Part shown: positions 40,005-50,283 of the stretch, piece after piece
Layout: each line of letters begins with the position of its first letter
Position numbering within the stretch: the stretch's first letter is position 1
Origin: a bacterium
Lineage (GTDB): Bacteria > UBA8248 > JACPRG01 > G963555815
Length of the DNA: 64,000 bases
Reading direction: 5' to 3'
Assembly: GCA_965218795.1 (NCBI GenBank)
Contig: OZ244653.1
Coordinates: 5,024,001 to 5,088,000, forward strand
Program-made: the position numbers and the translations under genes
Notes under the pieces: generated by a model
The model's database searches: none
Told to the model about the DNA's origin: nothing
What the model saw: only the letters and a program-made list of their open reading frames with translations

Positions 40005-41177
40005 TCAGTTCTTCCAGAACATCAGGCGGTCCAGCCAGGTCTTACGGGCCACGGCATCCGCGGCAATCAAAGGGACGCTGGCCAAGACCTGATCCTTGAC
40101 AACAGCTTCGGCCTTGCCGACCACTTGCCCCTTTTTCACCGGCGCCGGGATGGAGCTTTGCTGAAGCGACACGCGCGTCTTGATCTTTCCGATGTGAATC
40201 CGCTTGACAAGGAGGGAGACGGATTTCGCGGGCTTGACGGCAACGGTCTTCTTCTTTCCGCCCTCGACGTCGACCGGCCTCCCGATGGGCTTCCCTTCAG
40301 TGAAAAAGGACATCTTCCTGTAAACGCGAAATCCCTGCTTCAGAAGCCGTCGTGTCTCGCGGGTTCGGACTTTCTGGGTGGGCGCGCCCAAGACGACCGA
40401 GATGAGCCGCAGATTGTCCCGTTTGGCAGTGGCCACAAGGTTATACTCGGCCTTTCCGTGATAGCCCGTCTTGATTCCATCCATGCCGGGAAAATGGGGC
40501 AGGAGCTTGTTGGTGTTATAAAGCTTGAATTTGCCTCTCCGGAATTCGTCCTGAACCGTGCGGCCCCATTCAAGCAATAGGGGATACTTGATGTTCTCCC
40601 GGGCGATGACCGAGATCTCGCGGGCCGTGATGTAGTCCTGCGTCTGGCCTGGCCTTGACGGAAGACCGTGAACATTGGTGAAGACAGTCTTTTCCAGCCC
40701 GAGTTCCCTGGCTCGCTCATTCATTAACTGAACCATGGCTTCAGGCGTCCCGGCAATGTGTTCGGCGATGGCGTGAGCGGAATCGTTCGCGGAGGCGATC
40801 ACCACCGTTTTCAGCAAATCGCCCAGCGTGAAGACCTCGCCCTGCTTCAGGTAGACCTGGGATCCCCCGATGCGGCTGGCCTCGCGGGTGATGTGCACTT
40901 TCTGGTCAAGGGAAAACGCTCCCTGTTTGACCAACTCCACCACGAGGAGCATCAACATCATCTTGACCAGAGAGGCCGGGACGTGAAGTCGGTCCGGGTT
41001 GTGTTCAAACAGGATCTGCCCGGTATCGCCATCCATGAGGAGCGCGGCCGCAAAGGGTTCAGGGCGCTCAGCGGCCCTGTCTTTCCCCTTTTGGGCGAGG
41101 GCGGGGCCGGCGACGGTCAGGAGAATCAGCAGGGGAGCGAAAATGGCTCGCAGGACAAAATGATTTTGAGTGCGCAT
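40005..41177 (-). CDS. D-alanyl-D-alanine carboxypeptidase (PBP5/DacA family)
   Basis: SLVK (SxxK), SAN, KTG motifs; signal peptide. Confidence 0.9.
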   Translation of the reverse strand: MRTQNHFVLRAIFAPLLILLTVAGPALAQKGKDRAAERPEPFAAALLMDGDTGQILFEHNPDRLHVPASLVKMMLMLLVVELVKQGAFSLDQKVHITREASRIGGSQVYLKQGEVFTLGDLLKTVVIASANDSAHAIAEHIAGTPEAMVQLMNERARELGLEKTVFTNVHGLPSRPGQTQDYITAREISVIARENIKYPLLLEWGRTVQDEFRRGKFKLYNTNKLLPHFPGMDGIKTGYHGKAEYNLVATAKRDNLRLISVVLGAPTQKVRTRETRRLLKQGFRVYRKMSFFTEGKPIGRPVDVEGGKKKTVAVKPAKSVSLLVKRIHIGKIKTRVSLQQSSIPAPVKKGQVVGKAEAVVKDQVLASVPLIAADAVARKTWLDRLMFWKN

Positions 41178-41432
41178 TCGGGGTCTCGCGAGAATCGTCA
41201 CACCGGCGGGAGAGGCCTGCCCGAAGAACCTCGTTCGGACTCTATTCCGACTGGGAGCGGCTGTCAAGGCTCTGTGAGTGTTCGGACGGGTTTCAGGGGC
41301 AAGCCCCTCCAGTCAGGTTGCCTTGACAGGCCTACCGCGCGAGGGAAAAATGGAACGCTTCGAGCGGGATCCCGGAGCAAGGGATAGAGCCCCTGCCTTT
41401 CGCAAGGGAACGCTCATTCGACAGGAACGGGA

Positions 41433-44366
41433 ATGCCGGACAATATTTCCATTCGAGGCGCGCGCGAACACAATCTCAAAGGGATCGATCTGGACCTCCC
41501 GCGTGGCCGGTTCATCGTCATCACGGGCCTGAGCGGTTCCGGGAAGTCATCCCTTGCCTTTGACACGCTGTATGCCGAAGGCCACCGAAGATATGTAGAA
41601 TCGCTTTCCACGTATGCCCGGCAGTTCCTGGAGCGGGTGGATAAACCCGACGTCGAGTACATCGAGGGCGTTTCGCCGGCCATCGCCATCCAACAGCACA
41701 ACCCTGTGAAGCATTCCCGCTCTACGGTCGGGACGGCGACGGAAATCTACGACTACCTTCGTCTTCTCTTTGTGAAGGCGGGAGAAACCTTTTGCCCCGA
41801 CTGTGACCGGCTTGTCCGCCCGGATACCGTGGAAGCCGCCGTCGACCGGCTCCTGACCGAACACTCGGGAGATCGGGCCTATCTGACTTTTCCGGTGGAC
41901 GCTTCCCCGCCCCGGTCGGCGCCCGGGAAAAAATCCCGGCCCGGGAAGCAAGAGCGAAAAGAACGAATTGGGAACGCCCTGAATCATCTTTTGGCCCGAG
42001 GGTTTGTGCGTGTCTGGATCGACGATGAACTGTACAACCTGTCCGAGGCGGAAGAGATGGCGGCGGCCGGACAAACCGAATCCGGCGACATGACAGCCGT
42101 CGTGGATCGTCTCCGCATTGATGAGGGAGCGCGTTCGCGTCTGGACGATTCGCTCGAAGCCGCCTTTCGGGAGGGTGCGGGAAAAGCAGAGGCGAGAATC
42201 GTCGAAGGGCCGCGAATCCCGTTCTCCCGGGGATTCGGCTGCTCTTCCTGCGGTAAGTCCTTCGAGCCCCCGACCCCGCTGTTCTTCTCGTTCAACAACC
42301 CGCGGGGAGCCTGCCCGGATTGCGGCGGGTTCGGGAATCGGCTGGACCTGGACCTGGATCTGGCCATCCCGGACCCGTCCAAGAGCCTGGCGCAGGGAGC
42401 CGTTGACCCGTGGAACCGGCCCCGATACAAGGGATACTTTCAGGGCGAGTTAAAAAAGCTGTCCCGATGTGAGGGTGTGAAGCTGAACGTCCCGTTTCGA
42501 TCGCTTCCCAAGAAGCACCAGCGGATGGTCATCGAGGGAACGGGAGACTTTCGGGGCCTCCGGCCGTTCTTCGAACGCCTCAACCGGAAAAAGTACAAGG
42601 TTTGGGTCAGAATGTTCCTCAGAAAGTACCTCGGTACGTTCCCCTGTCATCGCTGCAACGGAACCCGCCTCAGAGAGGACGCCCTTTATGTGCGGACCGG
42701 CGGATTGAACATCGCCGAGGCCGGGGCCCTCTCTGTCCGGGAGCTTCGCCTTTTTCTGGAAGGGATCGACTGGTCCCGGCAACAAGCCGGCGTGGCGCAG
42801 GATATCCTGGCCCAGCTTCACTCCCGGCTCGAATTCCTGGCCTACGTCGGCGTGGATTATCTGACGCTGGACCGCCTGACGCGTACCTTGTCGGGAGGGG
42901 AGGCGCAGCGCATCAACCTGGCCAACCAACTGGGGGCCCAGCTCGCCGGGACCCTGTATATCCTGGATGAGCCGACCATCGGACTCCACCCGAGCGACAA
43001 CGCGAAGCTGCTTGAAATCCTGAAAGGGCTGACACGGGTCGGAAACACCGTCGTCATCGTCGAGCACGACCGCGACGTGATCCGGGAAGCCGAATTCCTG
43101 GTCGACCTCGGTCCGGGCGCGGGAGAGCGCGGCGGCCAGGTGGTGTTCGCGGGCCCGTCTCCGGGGATTCTGGACTGCGAGGCGTCCATGACGGCCGACT
43201 ATCTTCGCGGAGAGCGCGAAATTCCGGTTCCGGATACCCGGCGCGCGATCGGGAAGGTTCCGACAGGAAAACGTAGGCGGAAACAGGGACGGGGGCTCCG
43301 GGAAACCGCAGACGGGAAGACAGAATTCCTTTCCCTCCTTGGAGCCTCGGAAAACAACCTCGAGAATGTCGATTTCCATATCCCCCTCAAAAGGTTCACC
43401 TGTGTGACGGGTGTTTCCGGATCCGGCAAGAGCACGCTGGTCCACGACACCCTCTATCAGGCGCTTCGACGAATCTTTCACGGGGGTTCGCATCCCCTCG
43501 GGCGATTCAGGGAAGTTCAGGGGGTGGACGAGATCCGGGACGTGGTGCTTCTGGATCAAGCCCCCATCGGGCGGACGCCGCGATCCAATCCGGTGACCTA
43601 CATCAAGGCATACGATCCAATCCGCAAGCTGTTCGCCCAGACGTCAGGGGCCCGCCTGCGGCGGTATGGGCCCGGCCATTTTTCCTTCAACGTGGCCGGG
43701 GGACGATGCGAGCGATGCAAGGGAGACGGCTGCGAAAGGATCGAGATGCACTTCATGGCCGATCTGTTCGTCCGCTGCCCGGAATGCGATGGGAAGCGTT
43801 TCCGTACGACGACCCTGGAGGTCCGGCACCGCGGAAAGAACATTCACGATGTCCTTTCCATGACGGTCAGCGAAGCATTGCGTTTCTTTGCGAGTGAGCA
43901 AGGCGTGGTCCGCCGGCTGGAGGCGCTCTCCCGTGTGGGGTTGGGGTACGTCCGCCTGGGACAGCCCGCCACGACGCTCTCCGGCGGCGAGGCGCAACGG
44001 TTGAAGATTGCAGCGCAGCTCGCGGGAAGGGATCCGGAGAACCTTCTCTATATCCTGGATGAGCCCACTACGGGTCTGCACTTTCACGACGTGGAGGTCC
44101 TGCTTCGCGCCCTTCACCGGCTGGTCGTGCTGGGGAACACCGTCCTGGTCATCGAGCACAACCTGGATGTGATCAAGACGGCGGACCATGTGGTGGATCT
44201 GGGTCCCGGTGGAGGAGATGCCGGCGGCCGAATCGTCGCGCAGGGCTCGCCCGAAGCGATTGCGGCGGACCCGGAATCCCTCACAGGTCAGTACCTGCGG
44301 CCCCTCCTTGAGCCGAAACCGAGAAAAGGGTCCATACCCGCAGGCAGCGCGGCCGCTGCTTCCTGA
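41433..44366 (+). CDS. uvrA: Excinuclease ABC subunit A
   Basis: GAREHNLK, two Walker A GxSGSGKS, LSGGEAQR x2, zinc fingers. Confidence 0.95.
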   Translation: MPDNISIRGAREHNLKGIDLDLPRGRFIVITGLSGSGKSSLAFDTLYAEGHRRYVESLSTYARQFLERVDKPDVEYIEGVSPAIAIQQHNPVKHSRSTVGTATEIYDYLRLLFVKAGETFCPDCDRLVRPDTVEAAVDRLLTEHSGDRAYLTFPVDASPPRSAPGKKSRPGKQERKERIGNALNHLLARGFVRVWIDDELYNLSEAEEMAAAGQTESGDMTAVVDRLRIDEGARSRLDDSLEAAFREGAGKAEARIVEGPRIPFSRGFGCSSCGKSFEPPTPLFFSFNNPRGACPDCGGFGNRLDLDLDLAIPDPSKSLAQGAVDPWNRPRYKGYFQGELKKLSRCEGVKLNVPFRSLPKKHQRMVIEGTGDFRGLRPFFERLNRKKYKVWVRMFLRKYLGTFPCHRCNGTRLREDALYVRTGGLNIAEAGALSVRELRLFLEGIDWSRQQAGVAQDILAQLHSRLEFLAYVGVDYLTLDRLTRTLSGGEAQRINLANQLGAQLAGTLYILDEPTIGLHPSDNAKLLEILKGLTRVGNTVVIVEHDRDVIREAEFLVDLGPGAGERGGQVVFAGPSPGILDCEASMTADYLRGEREIPVPDTRRAIGKVPTGKRRRKQGRGLRETADGKTEFLSLLGASENNLENVDFHIPLKRFTCVTGVSGSGKSTLVHDTLYQALRRIFHGGSHPLGRFREVQGVDEIRDVVLLDQAPIGRTPRSNPVTYIKAYDPIRKLFAQTSGARLRRYGPGHFSFNVAGGRCERCKGDGCERIEMHFMADLFVRCPECDGKRFRTTTLEVRHRGKNIHDVLSMTVSEALRFFASEQGVVRRLEALSRVGLGYVRLGQPATTLSGGEAQRLKIAAQLAGRDPENLLYILDEPTTGLHFHDVEVLLRALHRLVVLGNTVLVIEHNLDVIKTADHVVDLGPGGGDAGGRIVAQGSPEAIAADPESLTGQYLRPLLEPKPRKGSIPAGSAAAAS

Positions 44367-44476
44367 GCCGGCGTCCAAAATAGGGTCCGGTCCGATGTGG
44401 CGGCAAGGACGCCCCGCAGCTCGTCCGTTTCTCGCAGATGATGACCCGGGCGGGGTTGCAGGCAAAGCTGTAACCT

Positions 44477-44567
44477 GGGGGGGCTTTTTGGAAGCCGCCC
44501 CCCAGACCCCCTGGAAAACTTTTGTTTCGCGACAGAGAGGCGGCTCTTCAGAGCCGCCTCTCTGTCG
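44477..44567. repeat. REP-like palindrome plus a 17-bp-arm hairpin between convergent uvrA and mreB
   Basis: TGGGGGG..CCCCCCAGACCCCC..AAAACTTT; GACAGAGAGGCGGCTCT-TC-AGAGCCGCCTCTCTGTC. Confidence 0.6.
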
Positions 44568-44826
44568 CATGAAGCGAAGATTCAAAAGGATGACTAACGG
44601 GACGGCGGGGAAAGTCCGGAAAGGTCTGGATCAGGACTATAGAAACCATTCCATCATAGGATTTCGCTTCAAAGATGAGCAATACCCTGTGAAAACCTGG
44701 AAGGACCTTGAGCTTGACGTACCGTGACCAGATGTGTGTCAGGGTCTCTGCGAAGAAGATCAACCCATTAGGGCTGCCCTTCTTCGCGATAAGAAAGTTT
44801 TGCGGGGGTCCCCAGGGCTTTGTCGC

Positions 44827-45852
44827 CTAGCTCACGCAGACGCGGGAAAGCTCCTTCATGTTTTCCAGGACTTGGCCGGTCCCGCGGACTACCGCGGTCA
44901 GCGGCTCTTTGGCCCGAAAGATGGGAAGCCCCGTCTCTTCGTGGAGACGGCTCCCCAGGCCCTTCAGGAGCGAACCGCCTCCGGCGAGCACGACCCCGCG
45001 CTTCTGGATTTCGGCCGCCTGCTCCGGAGTCGTGCGCTCCAGGGCCCGCCGGATTGCCTCTACAATGGCCCGCACGGGGCTGTGAAGGGATTCGCGGATG
45101 ATCGCATCGTCCACGCTGACCGATTTTGGGATACCCTCCACCAGGTCGCGCCCGCGGACCACCGTCTCCAGACGGGAATTAAGCTGCGCGGCGGACCCGA
45201 CCTCGATCTTCGCCCGCTCAGCCTCGAACGGTCCAATGGCCAGGTTGAAAGCCTTTCGGATGCCGTTCTGAATAGCCTCATCCATCTCGTCGCCGGCCAC
45301 GCGAATCGATTCGCTATAGACGGTCGCGTACCGGCTGATGACGGCCACTTCCGTGGTTCCTCCGCCGATATCCACAATCATGTTGTTGGCGACCTCGCTG
45401 ATGGGCAGCTTGGCGCCGATGGCCGCGGCCATCGGCTCTTCAATCAGGTGGACCTTGGAAGCCCCCGCGGCCAGGGCGGATTCCCGGACGGCTTTCTTTT
45501 CCACCTGGGTGATGCCTGAGGGGATGCAGACGATCATCCGGGGCTGCAGAAATCTCCTTTTCTTGTACACCTTGCGAATGAAATACCGAATCATCGCCTT
45601 CGTGACTTCGTAGTCGGCAATGACTCCGTCTTTCATCGGGCGAATGATGGCGATGGATTCCGGCGTCCTCCCCCACATCTTTTTGGCCTCATGGCCGACG
45701 GCCAGGATTTTTCCATTGCTCTGGTCGATGGCCACAACGGAAGGCTCATCCAGAATGATGCCCCGGCTGCGAACGAAAATAAGGCTGTTGGCGGTGCCCA
45801 GATCCATCGCAATGTCGGTGGGGAGCCAGCGGGATAGTAGAAAAGCGAACAT
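44827..45852 (-). CDS. mreB: Rod shape-determining actin-like protein
   Basis: DLGTAN, RPMKDGVIAD, EEPMAAAIGA, DIGGGTTE, AGGGSLL. Confidence 0.92.
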   Translation of the reverse strand: MFAFLLSRWLPTDIAMDLGTANSLIFVRSRGIILDEPSVVAIDQSNGKILAVGHEAKKMWGRTPESIAIIRPMKDGVIADYEVTKAMIRYFIRKVYKKRRFLQPRMIVCIPSGITQVEKKAVRESALAAGASKVHLIEEPMAAAIGAKLPISEVANNMIVDIGGGTTEVAVISRYATVYSESIRVAGDEMDEAIQNGIRKAFNLAIGPFEAERAKIEVGSAAQLNSRLETVVRGRDLVEGIPKSVSVDDAIIRESLHSPVRAIVEAIRRALERTTPEQAAEIQKRGVVLAGGGSLLKGLGSRLHEETGLPIFRAKEPLTAVVRGTGQVLENMKELSRVCVS

Positions 45853-45855
45853 GTT

Positions 45856-47316
45856 TCAGTCTTTGACCTCCGCACTCGCGCAGATAGGTTCCTGACCGCG
45901 GGTCTTGGCCCATTCCAAGGCTCGAAGGCCCTGGGCGATAAGCTGCCCTTCCGTGACGCCGTCCCGCGGAAATACCGCCAATCCAACGTGTAACGAGAGC
46001 CGGACTTCCCCGGACCTGGCTCGGAAGTAGGAGTGCTCCAGCGTATCCTGGAGCCTGCGGGCCACTTCCCTGGCGGCTTCCAAGTCTTTTCCGGGTAGGC
46101 CCATGACAAACCGGTGACCGAGGAATCGGCACAGCAGGTCCGGTTCCTCCAGGAAGCGTTGGTAAAACGCGCCCAATTCTCCCATGAGGTGATCGCCCGC
46201 CTGACGGCCGCGTTCGGCATAGACCGCACCAATGGCTTCCGCATCGGCAATCAGGATGGATAGCGGCCGAAGCGTATCCGATGCCACCGCCAGGGATTCC
46301 CGTAAATGACTGGAGAACTTGGCATATTGGGAAAGCCCCGTGACCTCGTCTCGATCTCTCATGCCTTCTGAATGCGCGCGCATCATCGCGGCCGCCAACG
46401 GGCCGGAGACGAGCCCTTGGAGGATTTCGGCAGCCGCCAGCTCGCGGTCGTCGTATCCACCCGGCTCCGTGCGGGCGAAGGCCAGCATGCCCAGGATCTC
46501 CTCACCGATTTTCAAAGGAACGCCCAGAAATGCGCCGAGCGGCGCGTGGGGTTCATCGGGATGGAAGAGGCACGTCTTTCGGAGTTCATCTTTGATGGTG
46601 GGGAGATGAAAGGTTTCACCATTCGTGAGGACCCACCCGGCCAGACTGCGATCGGGCGCAACCGGATGGCCGATGGGTGAGGCGTGCGCGTGCGTCAGGC
46701 TCCGTGCGACCGTGAATTGATTCTCACCGGGGGTCCGCATCACGAGGGCCGCCAAATCGTAATCCAAAAGGCGCTTGGGAATGTTACAGGCGGCGTCGAG
46801 GACGGCCTCCACATCCTGGCAGTCCGCGAGGGGCGCGGCGTAATCCCGAAGTGCTTCCAGGGTGACTCCCTGCCTGCCGATCTGCCGGTAGACATCCGTT
46901 TTCTCCAGTTTTCGCGTTATCTGGTCTGCGAAGCCGCTCAGTATCTTCTGCACCTTCGGGGTAAAGACGTATTGCCGTTTGCTGTCGATGCTGAGCACAC
47001 CGGTCCCCTCGGGGGTTGCCACGGGAACGGCCATGAAGGATTTGATTCCTTCCTCGGTGCGATAGATTCCGAGGGCCGATAGGTCGTGCGGGAATTCAGT
47101 CGAGTGGATGGGATCCCCCCGCTCGGCGACCCACCCGATCAGGCCTTGCCCGACTTGGATTGCCAAATCTTGACGAAGATGGTCGCTGAGCGTGTGAGCG
47201 GCTCGAAGCTGCAGGACCCCCTCGGATTCCAGTGGCAGGAACAGGACCGCCGTATAGGCGTCGGTGACGTTGCTCACCAGTTCTACAAGGCTGTGGAGAT
47301 CCTGGTCGAGTCTCAT
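45856..47316 (-). CDS. GAF-GAF-GGDEF-like protein (degenerate active site)
   Basis: GQGLIGWVAE and SLAGWV GAF motifs; DEVTGL, GDHL, RFLGHRF in place of RxGGDEF, GLAVFPRDG. Confidence 0.75.
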   Translation of the reverse strand: MRLDQDLHSLVELVSNVTDAYTAVLFLPLESEGVLQLRAAHTLSDHLRQDLAIQVGQGLIGWVAERGDPIHSTEFPHDLSALGIYRTEEGIKSFMAVPVATPEGTGVLSIDSKRQYVFTPKVQKILSGFADQITRKLEKTDVYRQIGRQGVTLEALRDYAAPLADCQDVEAVLDAACNIPKRLLDYDLAALVMRTPGENQFTVARSLTHAHASPIGHPVAPDRSLAGWVLTNGETFHLPTIKDELRKTCLFHPDEPHAPLGAFLGVPLKIGEEILGMLAFARTEPGGYDDRELAAAEILQGLVSGPLAAAMMRAHSEGMRDRDEVTGLSQYAKFSSHLRESLAVASDTLRPLSILIADAEAIGAVYAERGRQAGDHLMGELGAFYQRFLEEPDLLCRFLGHRFVMGLPGKDLEAAREVARRLQDTLEHSYFRARSGEVRLSLHVGLAVFPRDGVTEGQLIAQGLRALEWAKTRGQEPICASAEVKD

Positions 47317-47396
47317 CGGGACAGGGGGTAATACGCGGCAATCATCATTGTCCAGGAGCGTAGCATGATTTCAAGACCCCTGCAACGTTTTGTTTC

Positions 47397-47649
47397 TCAA
47401 ATGGTTCTCGGGATAACGCGAAGCGGTGAATGCAATTCAGGCCGGCACGCAGGGATGGAAGGCACCGTTGCCGGGCAGGCAGCCTGCTGAGGCTCGACCC
47501 ATGAGGGCATTGGAAGAAAGATTGGCTCCAGTAAGGTCCGGAAGTCGGCTCCTGACGCGGGCTTGTTCCCGCCCGATTTGGTCGAGAGGTTCCACGCCAT
47601 GTGTGATACCCGCCGCGCCGAGGACCAGAAGCAGAGCCAGGGGATTCAC
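47397..47649 (-). pseudogene. Frameshifted, truncated EamA paralogue
   Basis: VNPLALLLVLGAAG / HMAWNLSTKSGGNKPA aligns to the N-terminus of the neighbouring EamA (MTPLALGLVFVAGVFHVLWNYLAKASENKTA). Confidence 0.6.
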
Positions 47650-47819
47650 GGGGATGCCTTTCGGGTTGCGGCGAGGAGGGTGACCGGGGACGCGTTCCGC
47701 GATTTCAAGCGGCCCAAACCCCGATTCAAATCCGTGACAACAACGAGACAAGCGGCGCCGTTAAACGGAGCCTATCATATATACCCGATATCACAACCGG
47801 AATCGGTCCGGCATCCAAA

Positions 47820-48683
47820 TCATTTCGCGAAGGCAAGCAGGACGACGCCGAATACGATCAGCGCGGCACCGGAAATCCGCGAGAGGGCGTGCCCCTCTTT
47901 CAATGCGAACGCCCCGGCCATGGTCCCGAATACCAGGCGGATTTCCCGGCCCGCTACGACGTAGGCCACCGGGGCCATCGTGTAGGCGAACAGGATCAGG
48001 GCGTAGGCGATCGGCATCAGAAGCCCTAGTACGATCAGACGGATTGCCTGGCCCCGCCATGTCTCCCGGATGGGTTTCATGCCATTCATCAACGCCAGGG
48101 GCGTGAAGAACACCGCGGTCATGAAGAAAACAAGGTACGTATAGAGGACCGGATCCACGATCCCCACCCCGACCTTGTCGACCAGAGAAAAAAGAGTGAT
48201 CGCCCCCCCTGAGAGCAAGGCCCACATCGATCCTGGCGCGCGCGACGACGACCCGGGATCCTTCCGGGAACCCGACTTCATGTGGAGGACAAAAATTCCC
48301 AATAGAACCAGGGTGATCGCCGCCCCCCCCATCGCGGAGATTCGCTCCGCCAGGAACGGAACGGAGAGGACAGGGACCAGAAACACGCTGCTTCCCCGCG
48401 CCAGGGGGTAGACCAGGGAGAGATCGCCGGCTTCATAGGCCTTGCCCAGCGACCCGAAATACACGGCGTGGCTCAACCCGGATACGAGCACCATCGTCCA
48501 ACCCTTTGCGGGCAGGTCGATCGGATCGCCCAAGGCGAAGAAGACGGGCAGATAGGTGATGATGAAAACGGTGTTGATGATCCACAGAAAGGCCGTCTTG
48601 TTCTCGCTGGCCTTGGCCAGGTAGTTCCAGAGCACGTGGAAAACGCCGGCCACGAAAACCAACCCGAGAGCGAGAGGTGTCAT
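47820..48683 (-). CDS. EamA/DMT family transporter
   Basis: About 10 TM helices; GDLSLVYPLARG. Confidence 0.85.
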   Translation of the reverse strand: MTPLALGLVFVAGVFHVLWNYLAKASENKTAFLWIINTVFIITYLPVFFALGDPIDLPAKGWTMVLVSGLSHAVYFGSLGKAYEAGDLSLVYPLARGSSVFLVPVLSVPFLAERISAMGGAAITLVLLGIFVLHMKSGSRKDPGSSSRAPGSMWALLSGGAITLFSLVDKVGVGIVDPVLYTYLVFFMTAVFFTPLALMNGMKPIRETWRGQAIRLIVLGLLMPIAYALILFAYTMAPVAYVVAGREIRLVFGTMAGAFALKEGHALSRISGAALIVFGVVLLAFAK

Positions 48684-48932
48684 CGGTCAATCCCTGGAGG
48701 GATGAATCCTGCCGGGAAGAGCGGGAATCCAGTCTTCCGGTCGGCGAGATGATACACGCCGAGGTCGTATTTGCAACCTCAGTCCGTTCCGCATTGCAAG
48801 GTTCTTCCGCTTCTCCTAATATCGGCGTACTCGAAACGGGCTTACATGGACGTCTCGACCGGCGCCCGAAAACCGGCGCGCTTTCGGCGACTGTGCCAAT
48901 CGCCCGTTGAATCATCGTACGCGGCAGGGTCG

Positions 48933-50036
48933 ATGGGTTCAAAAATATTCACTCCCGGTCCCGTTTACGTCCGTCCGGAGATACTGGCCGAGATGGGGCG
49001 ACATCCCATCGGGCACCGGGGCGACGAGATGCACATGTTGCTCGCGGGCATCCTGCCGGGGCTCCGCGAAGCGTTCGGATCCGCGAAGGGGGGCGCTGTC
49101 TTCACGGCGGCATGTTCCGGAACGGGTCTCATGGAGACGGCCATCGCCAATGCCGTCCCGCGGAAGGGGAGGGTTCTGAACCTGATCGTGGGGACGTTCG
49201 GCGAGCGATGGCACGCAATCACGAGGGCCGCGGGCAGGGAGGGCCATCCCCTGAGGGTCGATTGGGGCCGGCCCGTTACGCCTGAGGCTGTGGAGGAAGC
49301 GCTCCGGAGCCAACGCTACGACGCCGTTACGTTGACGCACAACGAAACAGCCACCGGCGTTCTCAATCCACTGGCCGATACCGCCTCGGTCGTAAAGCGG
49401 TTCGAAGGAGTCCTGCTCCTCGTGGACGCGGTGAGCAGCCTGGGGGGCGTTCCGGTCGAGGTCGACCGCAACGCGATCGATTTCGCTTTGTCGGCATCCC
49501 AAAAGTGCCTTGCGTTGCCGGCGGGGCTGGCCGTGGCGTTTGCCTCGGGTCGATGCATCGACCGGGCGCGGAGCAATCCGGACCGGGGCTTCTATTTCGA
49601 CCTGTTACGGTTCGCATCGACTTCGGAAGACCTCGAGCCCGCGTTCACGCCCCCCACGTCGAACCTTTTCGCCCTTCGGCGCCAATTGGAGGACATCGCC
49701 CGGGAAACCCTTTCTTCCCGTTATGAGCGCCACCGGGCCATGATGAAGACCGTTCACGCCTGGGCCGGGGGAGGTGCCGCGCAGCGGGCGGGATTCTCTA
49801 TCTTGGCCGACCCGGCGCATCGGTCTCCGACCGTGACAGTCGTTCGCGCCCCGGAGGCCTTCAAGCTCGGCCCTTTCCTGTCCTCCCTCCAGCGGCGGGG
49901 ATACGTTGTGGGGGGTGGCGTCGGGCAGGTCGCGCGGACGTCGTTCCGTATCGGCCACATGGGGGATCTCTCCGTGGAGGACGTTCAGGGGCTCGCGGGG
50001 GCTCTCACAGACTGCCTGGGAGAGATGGAGAACTGA
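48933..50036 (+). CDS. Class V PLP aminotransferase (alanine-glyoxylate/serine-pyruvate type)
   Basis: FTPGP, HNETATG, VDAVSS, SQKCL, FRIGHMG. Confidence 0.9.
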   Translation: MGSKIFTPGPVYVRPEILAEMGRHPIGHRGDEMHMLLAGILPGLREAFGSAKGGAVFTAACSGTGLMETAIANAVPRKGRVLNLIVGTFGERWHAITRAAGREGHPLRVDWGRPVTPEAVEEALRSQRYDAVTLTHNETATGVLNPLADTASVVKRFEGVLLLVDAVSSLGGVPVEVDRNAIDFALSASQKCLALPAGLAVAFASGRCIDRARSNPDRGFYFDLLRFASTSEDLEPAFTPPTSNLFALRRQLEDIARETLSSRYERHRAMMKTVHAWAGGGAAQRAGFSILADPAHRSPTVTVVRAPEAFKLGPFLSSLQRRGYVVGGGVGQVARTSFRIGHMGDLSVEDVQGLAGALTDCLGEMEN

Positions 50037-50097
50037 ACAGGACGAGGAAAAAACTCCGATGGCCCGGCGTTTTGACCGGAATGAGAACCTCGCGAAT

Positions 50098-50207
50098 TGT
50101 CGTTCCGAGCGCAGCGGGGAATCTGCTCAAGCGCAAAACTTGTTGTTTTTGAACGGGTTGATAAAAAGCTCCCTGATTTTGAAGAAGATTCCTCGCTCAG
50201 GATGACA
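50098..50207. repeat. REP-like inverted pair
   Basis: TGTCGTTCCGAGCG..GGAATCT and AGATTCCTCGCTCAGGATGACA. Confidence 0.55.
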
Positions 50208-50283
50208 CGGAGGGCATCGTCTCGGGCCTCGAAACCGTTTTTCCGCAGTCTGCTCATGGATGTGCGGATTGGAAGGGCAAAGT

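Noticed and set aside
41270-41432. Shared SOS box upstream of uvrA and dinB
   Set aside because: No common palindrome recognised by eye
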